Source: Phoronis australis
Taxonomy: Eukaryota; Animalia; Phoronida
Length of the DNA: 64,000 bases
Direction of reading: 5' to 3'
Assembly: GCA_002633005.1 (NCBI GenBank)
Contig: NMRA01000447.1
Location: 157,182 to 221,181 of the forward strand
Shown: positions 1 through 13,010 of the stretch, in pieces
Layout: the number at the start of each line of letters is the position of its first letter
Numbering within the stretch: position 1 is the stretch's first letter
Notes under the pieces: model-generated
What the model saw: the letters and a program-made list of their open reading frames with translations, nothing else
Told to the model about the DNA's origin: nothing
The model's database searches: none
Translations under genes and position numbers: made by a program

Positions 1-246
1 CCAAAGTGGCGAGCCACGATTCGAAAAGCAACTGCCAGTTTTGAGGATGACCGCTGTAAGAGACTCGAAGCTGCTCGAGAGAAACGCCACTCAGCAGCAT
101 CCACCACTGTTACCACGACGGAGTTCCAATGCCCCACCTGTTCTCGACTCTGCGCGTCAAGACTGGGACTGCAGAGCCATCTTCGTGTACATAGACTATG
201 AGACACACAACCTACGTCATCTTCGGACCCGAAGGACTACCAACAA
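1..246 (+). mobile_element. 3' end of an RTE-clade LINE (ORF C-terminus with C2H2 finger plus short 3' UTR)
   Basis: Frame 1 (1-201) reads PKWRATIRKATASFEDDRCKRLEAAREKRH...FQCPTCSRLCASRLGLQSHLRVHRL*, resembling the C-terminal CxxC..HxxxH tail of RTE-type LINE ORFs. It is followed by a hairpin (CTTCGG-ACC-CGAAG) and a CAACAA tail. The ORF track shows the wrong frame here. Confidence 0.8.
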
Positions 247-874
247 TAAAAAGGAAAGGCACATTGTTTGCAAAACAACGGTATCGATAGCATGACCAAA
301 TTTTACTTGACAGAAATGTTCAGGAGGAAATCTCAAAGGCGCTGTTACAGTTTTCTATAGTGTCATTTCTCTTTCGTTTTCTTGGGAATCATGGAAGTCC
401 TATTTTCATAGGCCCTCGTGAAAAAGTCATTGTTTCAAAAACAATCAATATCAAATTTAGAGAACAACGCATAAAGCATAGTGTCTGAAGGTTGAGACAT
501 GATGTTCCAAACTAAGACAATTTTGGAAAGTTGTCTAGAGTCCTACATAAACTTAAATAAATATCAGAGAGCATGAATAGAAGCATGCGCGCACCTAGGG
601 GGGCTCGGGGGCTCGAACGAGCCCCCCATTTGGCGAAGTGGGCAAAAAGGTCAGCCTCAGAGAAATAAAAAGTTCGAGCAAACGAAACAAAAGTCCACTA
701 AAAAAGCGCAGACGCACAGTTCACAGTTCTGAAGGTGGTACCCCGTCCTCCCGTTTTTTTTTGTCAGCAAAAGGTTCACATCGCTAGGAATTCGAGCCCC
801 CCATGTTAAAGGCTGGGAAGTCATTATACATAAAGCATGAGAAGTCATTATAACATATAACTTACTCGTCACAA

Positions 875-1953
875 TTAAAGAACCGTATCCTGTATTTCTG
901 TGCTGGGCGACGTCATCACGGCACCGTCAACCTTGCAAACCAAGAGACGGTCACGATTTCGTCTCAGTAGACGCACAAATATTTGCAATACGATCATACT
1001 GAGTAAACAAAAACAGGAACACGAGAAACAGAAATACATAATTGTGATGGGTCCATCCTTGTCAAACAAGTGCCCAGTGAGCCAAAACATTCCAAACTGG
1101 ACGAGGTTAGTAGCAACGCCAATGTAAGCCGAAAAGGTAGCTGTAAGAGTGATGTATTCAGCAGCCCAAGAAAAGCCTGCTGGCCAGTTAGATCCAATCA
1201 TACCTCCGAGAAAGCAAAGAAACACCCAGAAATGAATTCTAGAATACAAAAAGAACGACAAACAGAAACAGGCAACTACAACCCCTGTCAGCTCAACGAA
1301 GAACAGGTAGCGCATGCGCATAAATATTGACGAAATTCCGGAAATGCATCGTCCAACAGTGAAGCTTAAGTTATAAGCGGATCCAATATAGGCGGCTTCT
1401 TGTTTGCTAATATTTAGGTTGCTCTCGATGGCAAACGAGAAAAGAAAGACGCGAATGGTGCCATCGTTCCCCAGTAAGCCGGTATAAAAGCATATCATTC
1501 CTATTAGCACTGCAAGTCCCATGACAGCGTTCTCGGGGGCCCACGCAACTGGTGACATAGTTGCTGTTAGTACACTTCTTATATCTAACTTTCTCAGTTC
1601 TTCTACATTTTGTAGTTCCCTCTTTTGTAAATCCCTTGGGCGCTTACGTATTTGAAATCCAAGAAAAATCACAGAGCACCCGAGAAGCAATAATCCAACA
1701 AAGATGTACAATTCCTCGATTCTTGAAGCAAGTTTTGTCTCCTCCACGTGATATGGAAATGAGTGATTATCAACAGATGCATTGTTGGCACTGAAAAATG
1801 TCAGCGGTGTGTCAGTCGTATTACGGTCTGGGGAGAGGAACGGCACAGATATTAAGGGCGCGATGAAGCCTCCGATTCCAAATCCAAGATGGACGACGTG
1901 CAATGGACAAGCAGCCGCTGGGTTCCACATTTGTGCTACAGCGTAGACGCTCA
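875..1953 (-). CDS. MFS transporter (MFSD4/NaGLT1-like), coding exon 4 of 4 (terminal)
   Basis: Acceptor ttttaactttcag|TG at 1954. Phase joins exon 3 (G|TG = Val). Multiple TM helices, MFSD4-like HLGFGIGGFIAPLI and FTVGR motifs, stop at 875-877. Confidence 0.9.
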
Positions 1954-2055
1954 CTGAAAGTTAAAAAAAAAACAATAGTACTCAACGTCGAAGCTTTTAG
2001 AGAAAACGTGGACTGACTTAAAATATAACAATTATTAATAAGTTTGACAGACACA

Positions 2056-2058
2056 CGA

Positions 2059-2112
<54 letters not shown>

Positions 2113-2203
2113 NNNNNNNNNNNNNNNNNNNNNNNNNNNNNNNNNNNNNNNNNNNNNNNNNNNNNNNNNNNNNNNNNNNNNNNNNNNNNNNNNNNNAGGG
2201 AGG

Positions 2204-2246
<43 letters not shown>
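2056..2246. repeat. (GA)n microsatellite interrupted by an assembly gap
   Basis: GA runs on both sides of N 2113-2196. Confidence 0.95.
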
Positions 2247-2250
<4 letters not shown>

Positions 2251-3780
2251 ATTGCACGAAGAAGCCTGACAAAAGTGGGAACATGCGAAATCATAGATTC
2301 TTTTCACATATAAATGTAGCTAGTTTTATACGCTTGGATATAATTGTGATCAACCACAACACTTTCTGTCAAAAATAGTCGTTTGTTGGGAAAGCTATAG
2401 GTGTCAGTTCATGGGCCATGGGGAATTTCGTCTTCCTTTTTCACTTACCTGTGAAATCACATATATTTAAGTAATTCTGTCCTAATAGACCTTGAAAATA
2501 CTTTTAATAATTCAGAAAGTTTGTAAAATGTACGCAAATTTACATAATTATTGTATTGAAGCAAAATTTCTAGTGAGGCATGAATGGCCAAGATTCGAGT
2601 CATCCCAAAATGTGCTAATTTTTTAAAATAATGACCAAACCCATATGAAATCACAATCATAACATAAATAAATCAATGAGAAAATCATAGGTTCTTCGAC
2701 CTTCTCTTATGTAGTTGACGGAAAACTGGGAGAGCAAGGAAGACGGGCATCTAGCGGAGGGTTTGGGGTCCTATACTAAGTAAGTTTCAGAGTTTATTTG
2801 GGTGAACGTGAATTATGGTTCATGCTCATGATAGTTAATAAACTTCAAGAACAGAAGAGATCTGTTTTCGATTGCCTGTACATGTTGCTGCGCATCTTTC
2901 TTCGTTAGACATGAAAATTATTCACGGCACGTCTAGTGATTTCACTCAAATTAGGGGCTGCAACCAAGTCAGAAATAGGCTGGAGTTCATTTCGCGTCAC
3001 CAGCGGGGGACTGCCTGTAACCACACATCTATTTGATCCTGTTTTGAACTGTTTCCGTGTCAGAGCAGCAAGTTATTGGAGGTAAGTAGGTCACTCGTAT
3101 TAGTCATTCAAGGCTACTGAGTGGGAAGAATGATTGGTTACTGCAACGCTTCTGTTCTACGATTAGGTTTTTGCATGAATCATTCAAAAACGTGAGCCAT
3201 TATCGGATAGAAGATATCGCAAGCTCCGGAATAGATCTTTCCACACATTTCATTTAGTCACATCGATATTTCACTATTTTTCTTTCGTTTTGATTCGGTG
3301 AATCAACCGTCCGTTCTCTCCCTGTGTCATGATTTAGAAAGGACATTGTTACTAGATAAATAATCACTCATTAATAAAGGGCTTCATTACTATCCATGTT
3401 TAACCGAAATTTCATGAAATAATAAAATTGGTATATAATATGGAGTTGACTAAGATGAGATGACTAATCAGTTCTATATTTTGGGTTAATGGTTGTCTTC
3501 TTGATATCACTAAAGAGTGTTGTCGGAAACTTATCGTTTCACGTCTACAGTCATCTGGGGGAATCTCGGGCATATATAAGCGTTCAAGAATAAATGTATG
3601 CAACGCAAATGAACACGTTGTCAATATATTGCCCAGTAAACGTGTTAACCTAATGTACGCGTTGGCAGGCGAAGCTCGGACGCGTCAACGAATGTAAAGC
3701 CTGCGGAATTCCACACGTTTCCGTCACTCGTTACTGCACGAGCACTGCGCTCAAACTTCTGCCATAAGGAGAAATATTAC

Positions 3781-3914
3781 CTGTGTTAGTTATTCCGAGT
3801 CCAAGTGTGAACATACAGTAGGAGATGCCGAAGGATATCAATGACCTCGTCCAAGGCAAAAGTGCAAATGTTAACGCAACTTCAAAAACGGCACCGCTAA
3901 CTACCAGATCCGTC
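3781..3914 (-). CDS. MFS transporter (MFSD4-like), coding exon 3
   Basis: tttttcag|G...ACAG|gtaat, 134 nt. Encodes TDLVVSGAVFEVALTFALLPWTRSLISFGISYCMFTLGLGITNT. Phases match both neighbouring exons. Confidence 0.88.
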
Positions 3915-5005
3915 CTGAAAAATTACACTTCTTTGAAAACTGACAAGAAACCAATCCATCTAGTATTCTTGGATATCACCAGTCCATGTCTCACTGAGTT
4001 GACATTCGCGAACTCTTAGAATGACAACATACAGTACTTACCCCAGCTTATTGTGTTCAGTCTTCAGCAATGTCAAACTGGCAGCTCATCCTCATCCCAG
4101 AAATCACTTCTGGACTGCGTACAGTACTGTACAAGTTGAAATCAATTTTCACGGGTACGTAAACTAAGAGGCCATCGTTTCAGTCAAAAGGTGCTGTTTT
4201 AGGCCCCAACATCGAAACTCGCTCAGGGAGTAAACATTGGGAAATAAACATCAAGCTTATTTGTGCTTAAAGGCTAAGGTTTCGTCTTGGAGCAGTACTT
4301 TCTGATCTAATTGTGCGTTCAAGTTTCAACGGCACAAATTAACACCACTACGCCCACTTTTTTACCCACAGTACAACACACATGTCAAGTACTTGTCCTG
4401 CTTCTTCACATATAAATGACTACTATTCACTGCCTCATGTCTTAATTATTGCGTAATTCATCATTGGAACGTAGGCAAACTCGTAATTCATTTGAAGTAC
4501 GATACTGGCAATCGACATAACGAGCTTGGGGTCGCATGTCACCGCATGTGGAAATATAGATGTAGTAACCGTCTTTATTGTCATTTTTGATTAAATTATG
4601 ATTTGGTGGTTATCCTCGATAAGTTTACAAGTTAGTCAAATTCTAATTAACTATGTACGCATCAGCCAGGAAATGACATTCGCGGCCGGAATCAATACCG
4701 CCAGCTTTGTTTGAGCGATGGTTAGTGGCGTGAGGGGGCAACGTTGAAATCTTGACACGCGCTATGCGACCCAACTCCGACGGATTTTGTCATACATGGA
4801 TATCGGAGAAACGGATCTCATGTACTCTTCGAGAACTCATGATGCTTGCATCCAATTGACCTATCGCCAGCTTATCTAACCAATCACAACCCAGCATTCT
4901 CGACACACCTTCGTCTGCGTTTCCAAGCCGCCATTTTACCCGACAAACAATGCCGTTGTCGACAAAGCTTATTTTAGTCTATAGTTAAAAAATTTCTGCG
5001 ATAAA

Positions 5006-5112
5006 ATGGTGAAACGGTGTTGATATGGCGTGTATAGTTCTGATTGCCGTACTTTATACAGCTAGAGAAGAATATCCCGTCATTTTTTGGGCATTCTCTA
5101 AGCCGAAAACTG
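5006..5112 (+). pseudogene. Decayed THAP-like N-terminus (transposon-derived)
   Basis: MVKRC*YGVYSSDCR...VIFWAFSKPKT resembles the MxKRCCYGxCxSDSR...FxPFPKP THAP-like heads of invertebrate DNA transposons; contains an in-frame stop. Confidence 0.5.
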
Positions 5113-5624
5113 TCACACGAGCAGCTAAACTTATCATTGTTGCTGGATTAGGTTAAACACAGATATATTTGTTCCAAGATGCGTACTTTTCAGTTTGGTG
5201 GCTATACTGTAGGCCTATCCTTTGACTCCGGAATTTCACTCGAGTGGGGGCCTCTGTCTCGGCATCAGCTGGATCCCAGCACTAGTCTAGCGGTAGTCCC
5301 CGGAAAGTTGTTTTTAAGGACATTTGTTACATTTATTTCGACCCATATTGGACATCGTTCTGTTTCGTAGCACAGGTACAGTTTTTGTTATTCATATACC
5401 CGTAGGCTGAAACTTTAAAAAACAATTTTAGTTATTTTTGTTAATAGCCACTTTTTGCCACTACACCAGACTCGTCATCTTTTGTTACCATACCACAGCT
5501 TAGTGATCATGCTACGTTTAAAATTAAATGCAAACTACCTTTATGCAATGAAGCTACAAAAATTATGACGCCTAACTTAAATGTCTTCATGGTGCACTCA
5601 ATTACGGCCAAGTCCATGAATTAA

Positions 5625-6364
5625 AGGAGCATGCCACCCAAAAAACAACCTAATTTGTATCAATTTAGATCAAGTAGTTCTACTCCATAACATCACGTAC
5701 GGTTGCGTTACCTGACACCTGACGGCAGACGGAGGTGTTGAAATTATCCAATGACGTCATCGGTTTCACACGCAGTTTGTTCAGCAGTTCACAACACGGG
5801 TTACTGGTGTCAGCTTATCGCTTGAAGTCATCGTTTAACACCAATAAATCATCAAACTTCGATGTAAAACCCTTAAAAATACACCGAGTTCTNNNNNNNN
5901 NNNNNNNNNNNNNNNNNNNNNNNNNNNNNNNNNNNNNNNNNNNNNNNNNNNNNNNNNNNNNNNNNNNNNNNNNNNNNNNNNNNNNNNNNNNNNNNNNNNN
6001 NNNNNNNNNNNNNNNNNNNNNNNNNNNNNNNNNNNNNNNNNNNNNNNNNNNNNNNNNNNNNNNNNNNNNNNNNNNNNNNNNNNNNNNNNNNNNNNNNNNN
6101 NNNNNNNNNNNNNNNNNNNNNNNNNNNNNNNACATACCCGCTTTCCTCGCAGCTGCTTAGTTTGGACAAGCGGGAACGATGCACCGCAACATAGCGGCAT
6201 TCACTCTGCATCTGAACCACTGACGTCGCTAGCGTCGTTTCTCATCTTCCTCACAGGTTAACGCGACACCTCTTGGCAAGGTAAGGTCGACCGTATGCGA
6301 GGCGATGTGGATATAGACCGATAAGACGGCAAAAAAGACTAATTAAATCGTGTGGCATTCTCCT
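5625..6364. mobile_element. Non-autonomous Kolobok-like DNA transposon
   Basis: TTAA|AGGAGCATGCCAC ... GTGGCATTCTCCT|TTAA: 13-bp TIR (12/13 match), AG termini and TTAA TSD. Contains a gap at 5893-6131. Confidence 0.75.
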
Positions 6365-7236
6365 TTAATTTGACTCATTTTGGACACAGGCCTGGATCTA
6401 CCGGATATCGACGAATCTTCACTGATTTTGTCTGAAATATCCTGAAATCTATAGCATCGTACAGATAATTCGACTCTAATTAAGGTAAATACTCAGCTTT
6501 ACATGAACGTATCGGATCAGTGGCCTTGTCAGTTTTCAAGTGAAGGTGAACCCCGTGTCGGGGTTCGGATTTTCGCTGGCTCCGAAATACTTTTCCTCGA
6601 ACTTTTCATCGTCGCAGCTTTACAAATTCCCAAGTCATGAACGTACGATTCTCAGCTGAAGAGTACCGCTTGTTGTCTTTGTCAAAGCCTTTTCGCAAAG
6701 TGCAAAAAACGCCCATCAATTCCACCAGGAACGTCGTTTAGCGACTGTGTATTCGTGTCTGACGTCTTGCTTGTTCGTCGGGTGTCACGTGACTTTCCGC
6801 AAGGAGACGGAGCTTGTGATAGGTCAATTATGCATCAACTCCAGGCAAACGGAAGCGCACTGTTACTTACTTGAAGCATGCTGCTGCAGGAAAGTGCACC
6901 GCCAACGTATTTGTGTGAGACTGGCCGACGGAAAAATGGAAAATGGCGCACATAAAGACAATACGGGAATCTTGCTGCCTAGGAATTCGTGAGAACTGAA
7001 CGTTGCAGGTACGACCACAAGATCGGTAAACCTATGATGACGCACGGGGTGCAACCGCAATTTTCGCGAAACATCTGACAAATGCCTGACATTTTGGAAA
7101 AGAACGCCACTCATGCAAAGTATTTCTCTATCTCCCAGAAAACAGGGTAGTTCAATCTAGGATGGGTCTGTTGTGAATACCGTCGCCCAGGTAAGCGCCA
7201 CATTTCTTGCTAACAACCCGCAGAGGATTCACTTAC

Positions 7237-7391
7237 CATTTGCCAAACCTGTCGCATAATATGCTTATGGCGCATCCGACGATTGTGGACAGGGAACCAA
7301 ACGACATGGCACGCGATATTGTCTCGTAGTCCGCGCCAACACGTGGTAGTATGTCTGGTATAGATACACCAATGCAAGCCATTGAGATACC
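7237..7391 (-). CDS. MFS transporter (MFSD4-like), coding exon 2
   Basis: tttttgctacag|GGT...AAATG|gtaagt, 155 nt. Encodes GISMACIGVSIPDILPRVGADYETISRAMSFGSLSTIVGCAISILCDRFGKW, including MFS motif A-like DRFG. Confidence 0.88.
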
Positions 7392-8520
7392 CTGTAGCAA
7401 AAAAAAAACGTATTTCTTGTATTGGAAATGATCCCGATGCTCGAACCCTTTGAGAAACCTCTGCTAAGGATTCACAAAACAGTTGAAATTGGTCTACGGC
7501 ATAATTTAATTCCTTGCGCATTACTTCTAATTTTTTTTCAAAAGGAATTAAAACTGTGTTACCATAGCAGTGTGTGTGTGAACAAAGGTGTGAAGGTCAA
7601 TGTGGGGTTTATAACCTCATAACCTATCCAAATCATACAGTAATGTGCATCATTTTCATTGTTTCGCCAACCATCTCTTCTTTTTATTTCTGACTTGGGG
7701 TATATGTTCATCACGGGACACATGTTGAACACAAATTAGAGTTCACTTATCAATTATTATTATGTGAACACACAGGTATGGACTCGTCCTTCTCATCTGA
7801 ACCTTTTTTGCACTTATGGAATCATTCCTTAGTGATATGTTGTTGGCTCTTTCATTGGCGGTTCGTGGCACCAGTCATGTTAGTGCCATTACATATTTTT
7901 CTATTCATTTAACCCACTATCTCGAATTAGAAGTAGTTTCTGGAGTTGGAAAGAACCAACATTTCGCGATCGGCACATCAATAAGGCAAACGCGCCTTGA
8001 CAAGCCGACTTGTCTCAACTGAACAACATTAACAAACACTCACTTCTTTCCAAGTCGCGCATCACCAAAGTAAGGAACAAGCTGTGACCTACATGTAAGT
8101 CTCTTGCAGTAGTATATTTAAAAAAAACAGTTTACGAAAAGCGGCTTATAGACACTTTAAAGGGACACCTAACCCGGTTTTGTCGTAATATCAGACATTA
8201 AAACCACTCTCCCATCCAATTCTCAAAAACAAAAGCATTCATTGTAGCCCTCGACAACCCTCAAAAGTTTAGGAAATTTTTGAAATTTCCCCTTGAAGTC
8301 TGCTAAACAAGCAAGCATGACCTACGCTTTGAACGAATTACACGGCAACGGCGGGAAAGACCACACAGGAACAACTATAATATCTAATGTCTGGCATTCA
8401 TGCAGGGAGTATGAATTTTTAGTTGACTCTTGCAAGGACCGGACTTGCAATGTTTTATCGAAACGACATCCAGGACTGAGTTGAAAGCGAATTAAAAGCG
8501 CAGTATGCACAAGTATTTAC

Positions 8521-8649
8521 CGCACTGATCCAAAGAACGAGGTAGGCGGTGGTTTTTACGATAAGATATACTCTTGAACCCAAGGACACGAACGGATCGC
8601 GAAGGGGTGACACGTTACGTCTTCGACTTGTCTCCTCTTTGTCTTCCAT
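8521..8649 (-). CDS. MFS transporter (MFSD4-like), coding exon 1
   Basis: ATG at 8649, just after acceptor ctgcag|GT. Encodes MEDKEETSRRR...KTTAYLVLWISA|gtaaat (phase 0). The joined CDS is 129+155+134+1079 = 1497 nt, 498 aa, with no internal stop. Confidence 0.82.
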
Positions 8650-8946
8650 ACCTGCAGCGAGATATTAAATGTGCTCTAAGCCCGTTTTCTGAATAAGAGC
8701 GATTTAGGCCACTTATTTAACTATCCCTTACGCAGATTAGAAATCAAGTTGGAAGTGACATGTGGGCTGGAAAGAACTGGCAAATCGTTGATATTCACAT
8801 ATATGCTTGGCGCACGGCAGCCAGTTCAAACCAACTGTTTGAGATTGGTTTCAAGCAATAAGGCGAGCTCAGCTTTAAACCCTCACTCCAAGCCCATGCA
8901 GAAATCACTTCTAATCTGAGCTTGAGCCCATACCCTGCGCAGTCTA

Positions 8947-9155
8947 CAGTGGCGGATCTAGGATATCACAAGGGGGGCCCAACATTTTGTCCGGCTGTAA
9001 GCATTTACGCTAACCACGATTGTAGATGCGTATAGCACCGAATGGGGGGAGGTCGAGAGGGGGGTTCCCCCCTTCCGCCTAGAAAATTTTCTGTTTTTTC
9101 CCCTAAAAATCAAGCATTTTCTTTGATTCCTTAAGTATTATCCAAGAAAAAAGGC
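8947..9155 (+). mobile_element. Partial copy of CAGTGGCGGATCT MITE family
   Basis: About 210 bp that is the diverged reverse complement of 12515-12723. Confidence 0.75.
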
Positions 9156-9522
9156 AAAAAAAAACACGCCCATGCTATATCGTCATAACGATAATGCGCA
9201 TTTCTATAGAACGCGCCTAGCGTTACATTGTGACGAGTCATTTGGAATCATCCGAATACAATTAGGTCAGAGTTGACTCGAAAAATTTAATTCCTAAGCT
9301 TATCAAGCACCGTCCCATTTCTGTTTGACCAATAAGACTTTGCGGTATGGTCCGTGATGACGTATGCTTCAATGTCCGTCAGTTTACCAAGCAGCCAAGC
9401 CCAGACTTTTTTTCTGTGTTCGTTTACACACAGTACCATGATGCGTTCAGCATCAAAACTACAGTACCTCAAGTAACGTTTTGATTCAGTTGCAAACGTA
9501 ACTATGTTCCAAGGTGTAACTA

Positions 9523-9729
9523 CGGTGGCCCAAAGATGACATCGCGCGCCTCTTTTTAATTACCTCAGGATCTCCCGATTTAATCATTTGAGGATCTCAA
9601 AAACCCGATTTCGAGATCCTGAGATCCTGACTTAATTATGCGGGAATATCGAGATCCTCACCTAATTATCTCGGAATCTCAGGATCTCGAGATCCTGACT
9701 TTATTTTTGGGGGCCTAATTCTTCTCGTA
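9523..9729 (+). mobile_element. TA|CGGTGGCCC-type MITE with internal GAGATCCT/AGGATCTC repeats
   Basis: Begins TACGGTGGCCCAAAGATGACAT. The same terminus recurs inverted at about 14315-14373. Confidence 0.55.
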
Positions 9730-10965
9730 CTGCAGTTTTAAGCAAAAAGAGTATCATTTAAGATTAGCTCCATTAACATTAGACACATAAATCTGTTGCG
9801 GCTTGATAAATCTAAGTTCTGTCCTTTCCTCAAATCATGTTATCTGGACTGTTTACAGATGAAAGGTCTAAACATAAGCGTACTTGTCATTGTTGTTTTG
9901 TTTCTATGATGCGTCCTGATAGTTCTATTGTACACTGTGTGGGTCAGTATTGTAGATGGCCTTGATTTCTTGTCCTCATGATGATGTTTGAGACATCGAT
10001 ATATGTTGAAGTTGAAAAATCCCGTTGTTTTTATTAATGTTGTCACTTACTTGTCTACGTCGAGACCTGATGAGCGTTATACCCTGCCAGATAGTATCGC
10101 ATGTGCTTTCACGATGAAATTTGAATCATCTTCTTTAATACGTAAAATGAAGATTTTTTTCCAGTGCAAGTGCCATTTAAATCATTTGATCACGTGATAT
10201 GCCCATCACAATGTAATGGCTCAGAAATATGAGGTTTTAAATAGTAGGCCTACGATTGAAAAGGCGCATTTGCGTAAAATGAAACCACCACTTTTATAAA
10301 ATCACAGTTTTGCCAATGGCTGTACACGGCTATTTTTCGGGCAAGAATATATGCTTCTGTAAAATTAGTTTGCCTTTAGAACATTTATTTTCTCCTACAA
10401 AATGCCTTCAGCCCATATTATACGCAGTTGTACAATACAAGGAGTTACGTAATCTACATCGTCCCTTCTTTTACCATAAAACAACTTTTTGATCCGTCGA
10501 TGGATGCTGGTAAAAAGAACGCCTGACTGTCTTTATGATTGAAATAACTATAATTCATGCGACCTAGGTTAAGTTATCGGTTATCATGAACCAAGTCCAA
10601 TAACTGCACGAAAAGGTCATTGGCCTAGTTTAAGGTGCTTGTCATGTCGATGCCATTTTTATTAGGGCACCGAGTTCATCCCTGACCACGCCACGTAAAC
10701 ACTCCTCGCCGCCAAACATTTCGCGCATGAGATTGATGAAATCAGGCTTACCATGCGGTGTATGCTGTTTACGAGATTTTATAATAGCATGCGTATTCCA
10801 CAATGTTTAGTTCTCGTGGCAAAAGGCGCATATACAGTAGTAATACCTGAGACATTGCAGATCGGTTTGATTGGCCGTATCTGTGATGTTGTGATGCTCT
10901 AGAGTCTTAAAGTTGTCAATAAATGAAGTCATTCATATTGCTCCAAACTTACTCCACCAATACCC

Positions 10966-13010
10966 AATAGTCCTTTTGCGAGATTGTGTGAGACTTAACT
11001 GTGACGTCACCGGAAGTGGGGCAAAAGCTTGTCGTTTGGCCATTTGACCGATACGGAAGCAGAGTGTATTCTGTTGTTCACTTCGAGTTTTTAATCTTTT
11101 AGTGTGAAAATGCTAAACAAGCATTGCTGTTATGGCAGATGAAATTCAGATTCGCACTACAATACGTCAGTTCCATCGCGTCAGTACTAATTTCGTCCCG
11201 TGTATTTTAAACGGGCGGTAGGCGAAATCCGCTCACAGATTAAGTTTTCACTTCGTCAAAAATACATTCCACAACCAAAATCATCACTTAAAACGGCGCT
11301 TACTTTCGTCAGTGATCCTTTCTGCTTCTAAACATAAACCTTCGATGACGCATAGCTGCGGGAATTCAGGTGACTTTGGCGAAGAATTCCAACTTCGCTT
11401 CTTGGTTACTGTTAACTTTGACCGCGCGCGCGATAATCACGAAGTATTTCAACTGAGTCAGGCGAGTATGAGGCAAAGGCTAGAGCGGCGAGACTGAGAG
11501 AAGCGCGTGTCCTGGCGCGTGACCCGTGCACAATAGCGTAGGAAAATATCAAGTGAAATTTCTAAGATTTGTCCCTTGGACTTTTTGTACGTCAGCAGAC
11601 GTGATTTGTCGCAACTTCCTCAAAATGGCGCCTGGTGAGAGAAACTCGAGCGAATCGCAAGGTTTTCATGGATACGTTCAAGTTGTTTGTAGACTAAATT
11701 GTATGCAGAGTCAGGGTATGTGGTAATTATAACTCTATTTGCACATATGCATGTTTCAATTGATTTTATTTGCTGTATTTTGAAATGAGTAACTTTTATG
11801 GGGATATACTCATAGGCGGATTTGGGGGGGGGGGNNNNNNNNNNNNNNNNNNNNNNNNNNNNNNNNNNNNNNNNNNNNNNNNNNNNNNNNNNNNNNNNNN
11901 NNNNNNNNNNNNNNNNNNNNNNNNNNNNNNNNNNNTTCGGAATACAGCGCAATCGTAACGGAACTATGGATAAGTATAGGCTCTCCCGCGATATCCCAGG
12001 CGACCAGCAGTGGCGCTGCGCACTACGACTCCGTTTCCGTCGTCTGCTTCACTGTGGAATCAAGAGAATTACTTTATTTTTTAAACAAAATGGAATCTGG
12101 GTGACGACGAAAAAACAGAAGCTGCTGGTAAGATGTGAATTTTAATCGAAGCCTTAGTGAATCACTCAAAAACCCATAATTCTCTCTTTGTCAAACCTTA
12201 ACTTAAGACGATTTCCAAAGCGATCGCGTCGTTAATTCCGACACAAAAAACGGATTTGGTCTTTTGGGCAATAAAAGACTATTTTAAATACAACAAATTT
12301 GTTACGAACTGATTGCACAATATATAAAAAGTGTAATAAGTATTACAAAAAGAAGTAGGTTTCGCGCGCAAACGCTGTGGACCATAAACAAGTAGGTCTC
12401 TTAGTATAAAATTGTGAGAGAATCGTGGTGGTGCAGAGGTAAAGCACGCGCGTTCTATCCACCAGGTAGTGATTTCGAGTCTGTGGAAATTGCAGTTTTT
12501 CAAGTTTGACAAGTTCTCCTTTTTTCTTGGATGATACTTCAGGAATCAAGGAAATATGCTCGATTTTTAGGGGAAAAACAGAAAATTTTCTTGGACGGGA
12601 GGAGAAACCCCCCCCTCCCGACCTCCTCCCATTCGGTGCTATGCGCATCTACAATCGTGCTTAGCGCAAATGTTTACAGACAAAATGTTGGGGCCCCCTT
12701 GTTATATCCTAGATCCGCCACTGATACTATTGCCCCTGTATGCCTGTGGCATTCAGGCCTAGACCGGGTCGAGTTCCAATTTCAGTCCGTTCACAGCTTC
12801 GCACAACATAACAAGTTCCCATTTTCTTCGTCCATTCACAGTTATTCCATGATCCATCTACCATCCCTTAAATAGTTTTAACGTTCTGAGAGTAAAATTC
12901 AACATAAGAACTCCAGTAAGATTTCGCGTGTGTAGCAAAGACTCGGGGCAAAACAAGAACAATATGGCGGGTTTTGCCCTCTTTCCGGTGACGTCAGGTG
13001 GCTCTGAATA
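10966..13010. mobile_element. Putative non-autonomous DNA transposon with decayed THAP-like head, hosting a nested MITE
   Basis: Subterminal inverted motif TGACGTCACCGGAAGTGGGGCAAAA (about 11002) versus TTTTGCCCTCTTTCCGGTGACGTCA (about 12972). ATG at 11110 reads MLNKHCCYGR*NSDSHY. Boundaries are approximate. Confidence 0.45.
11811..12723 (-). mobile_element. MITE with CATAGGCGGATTT / AGATCCGCCACTG ends and 5-bp TSD (hAT-like)
   Basis: Imperfect TIRs flanked by ATACT on both sides (11806-11810 and 12724-12728). Confidence 0.75.

Noticed and set aside
1821-2313. SLSLSL/RERERE ORFs and X-filled ORFs (also 5735-6220, 11620-12145)
   Set aside because: Artefacts of the GA microsatellite and N-gaps
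6863-7114. 83-aa minus-strand ORF ending at a gtaagt donor in MFS intron 2
   Set aside because: No similarity I recognise, and the MFS CDS is complete and in phase without it
8947-12723. One 3.8-kb element bounded by 210-bp inverted repeats
   Set aside because: The outer flanks share no TSD, and the right copy has its own partner end and TSD at 11811, so these are two independent insertions
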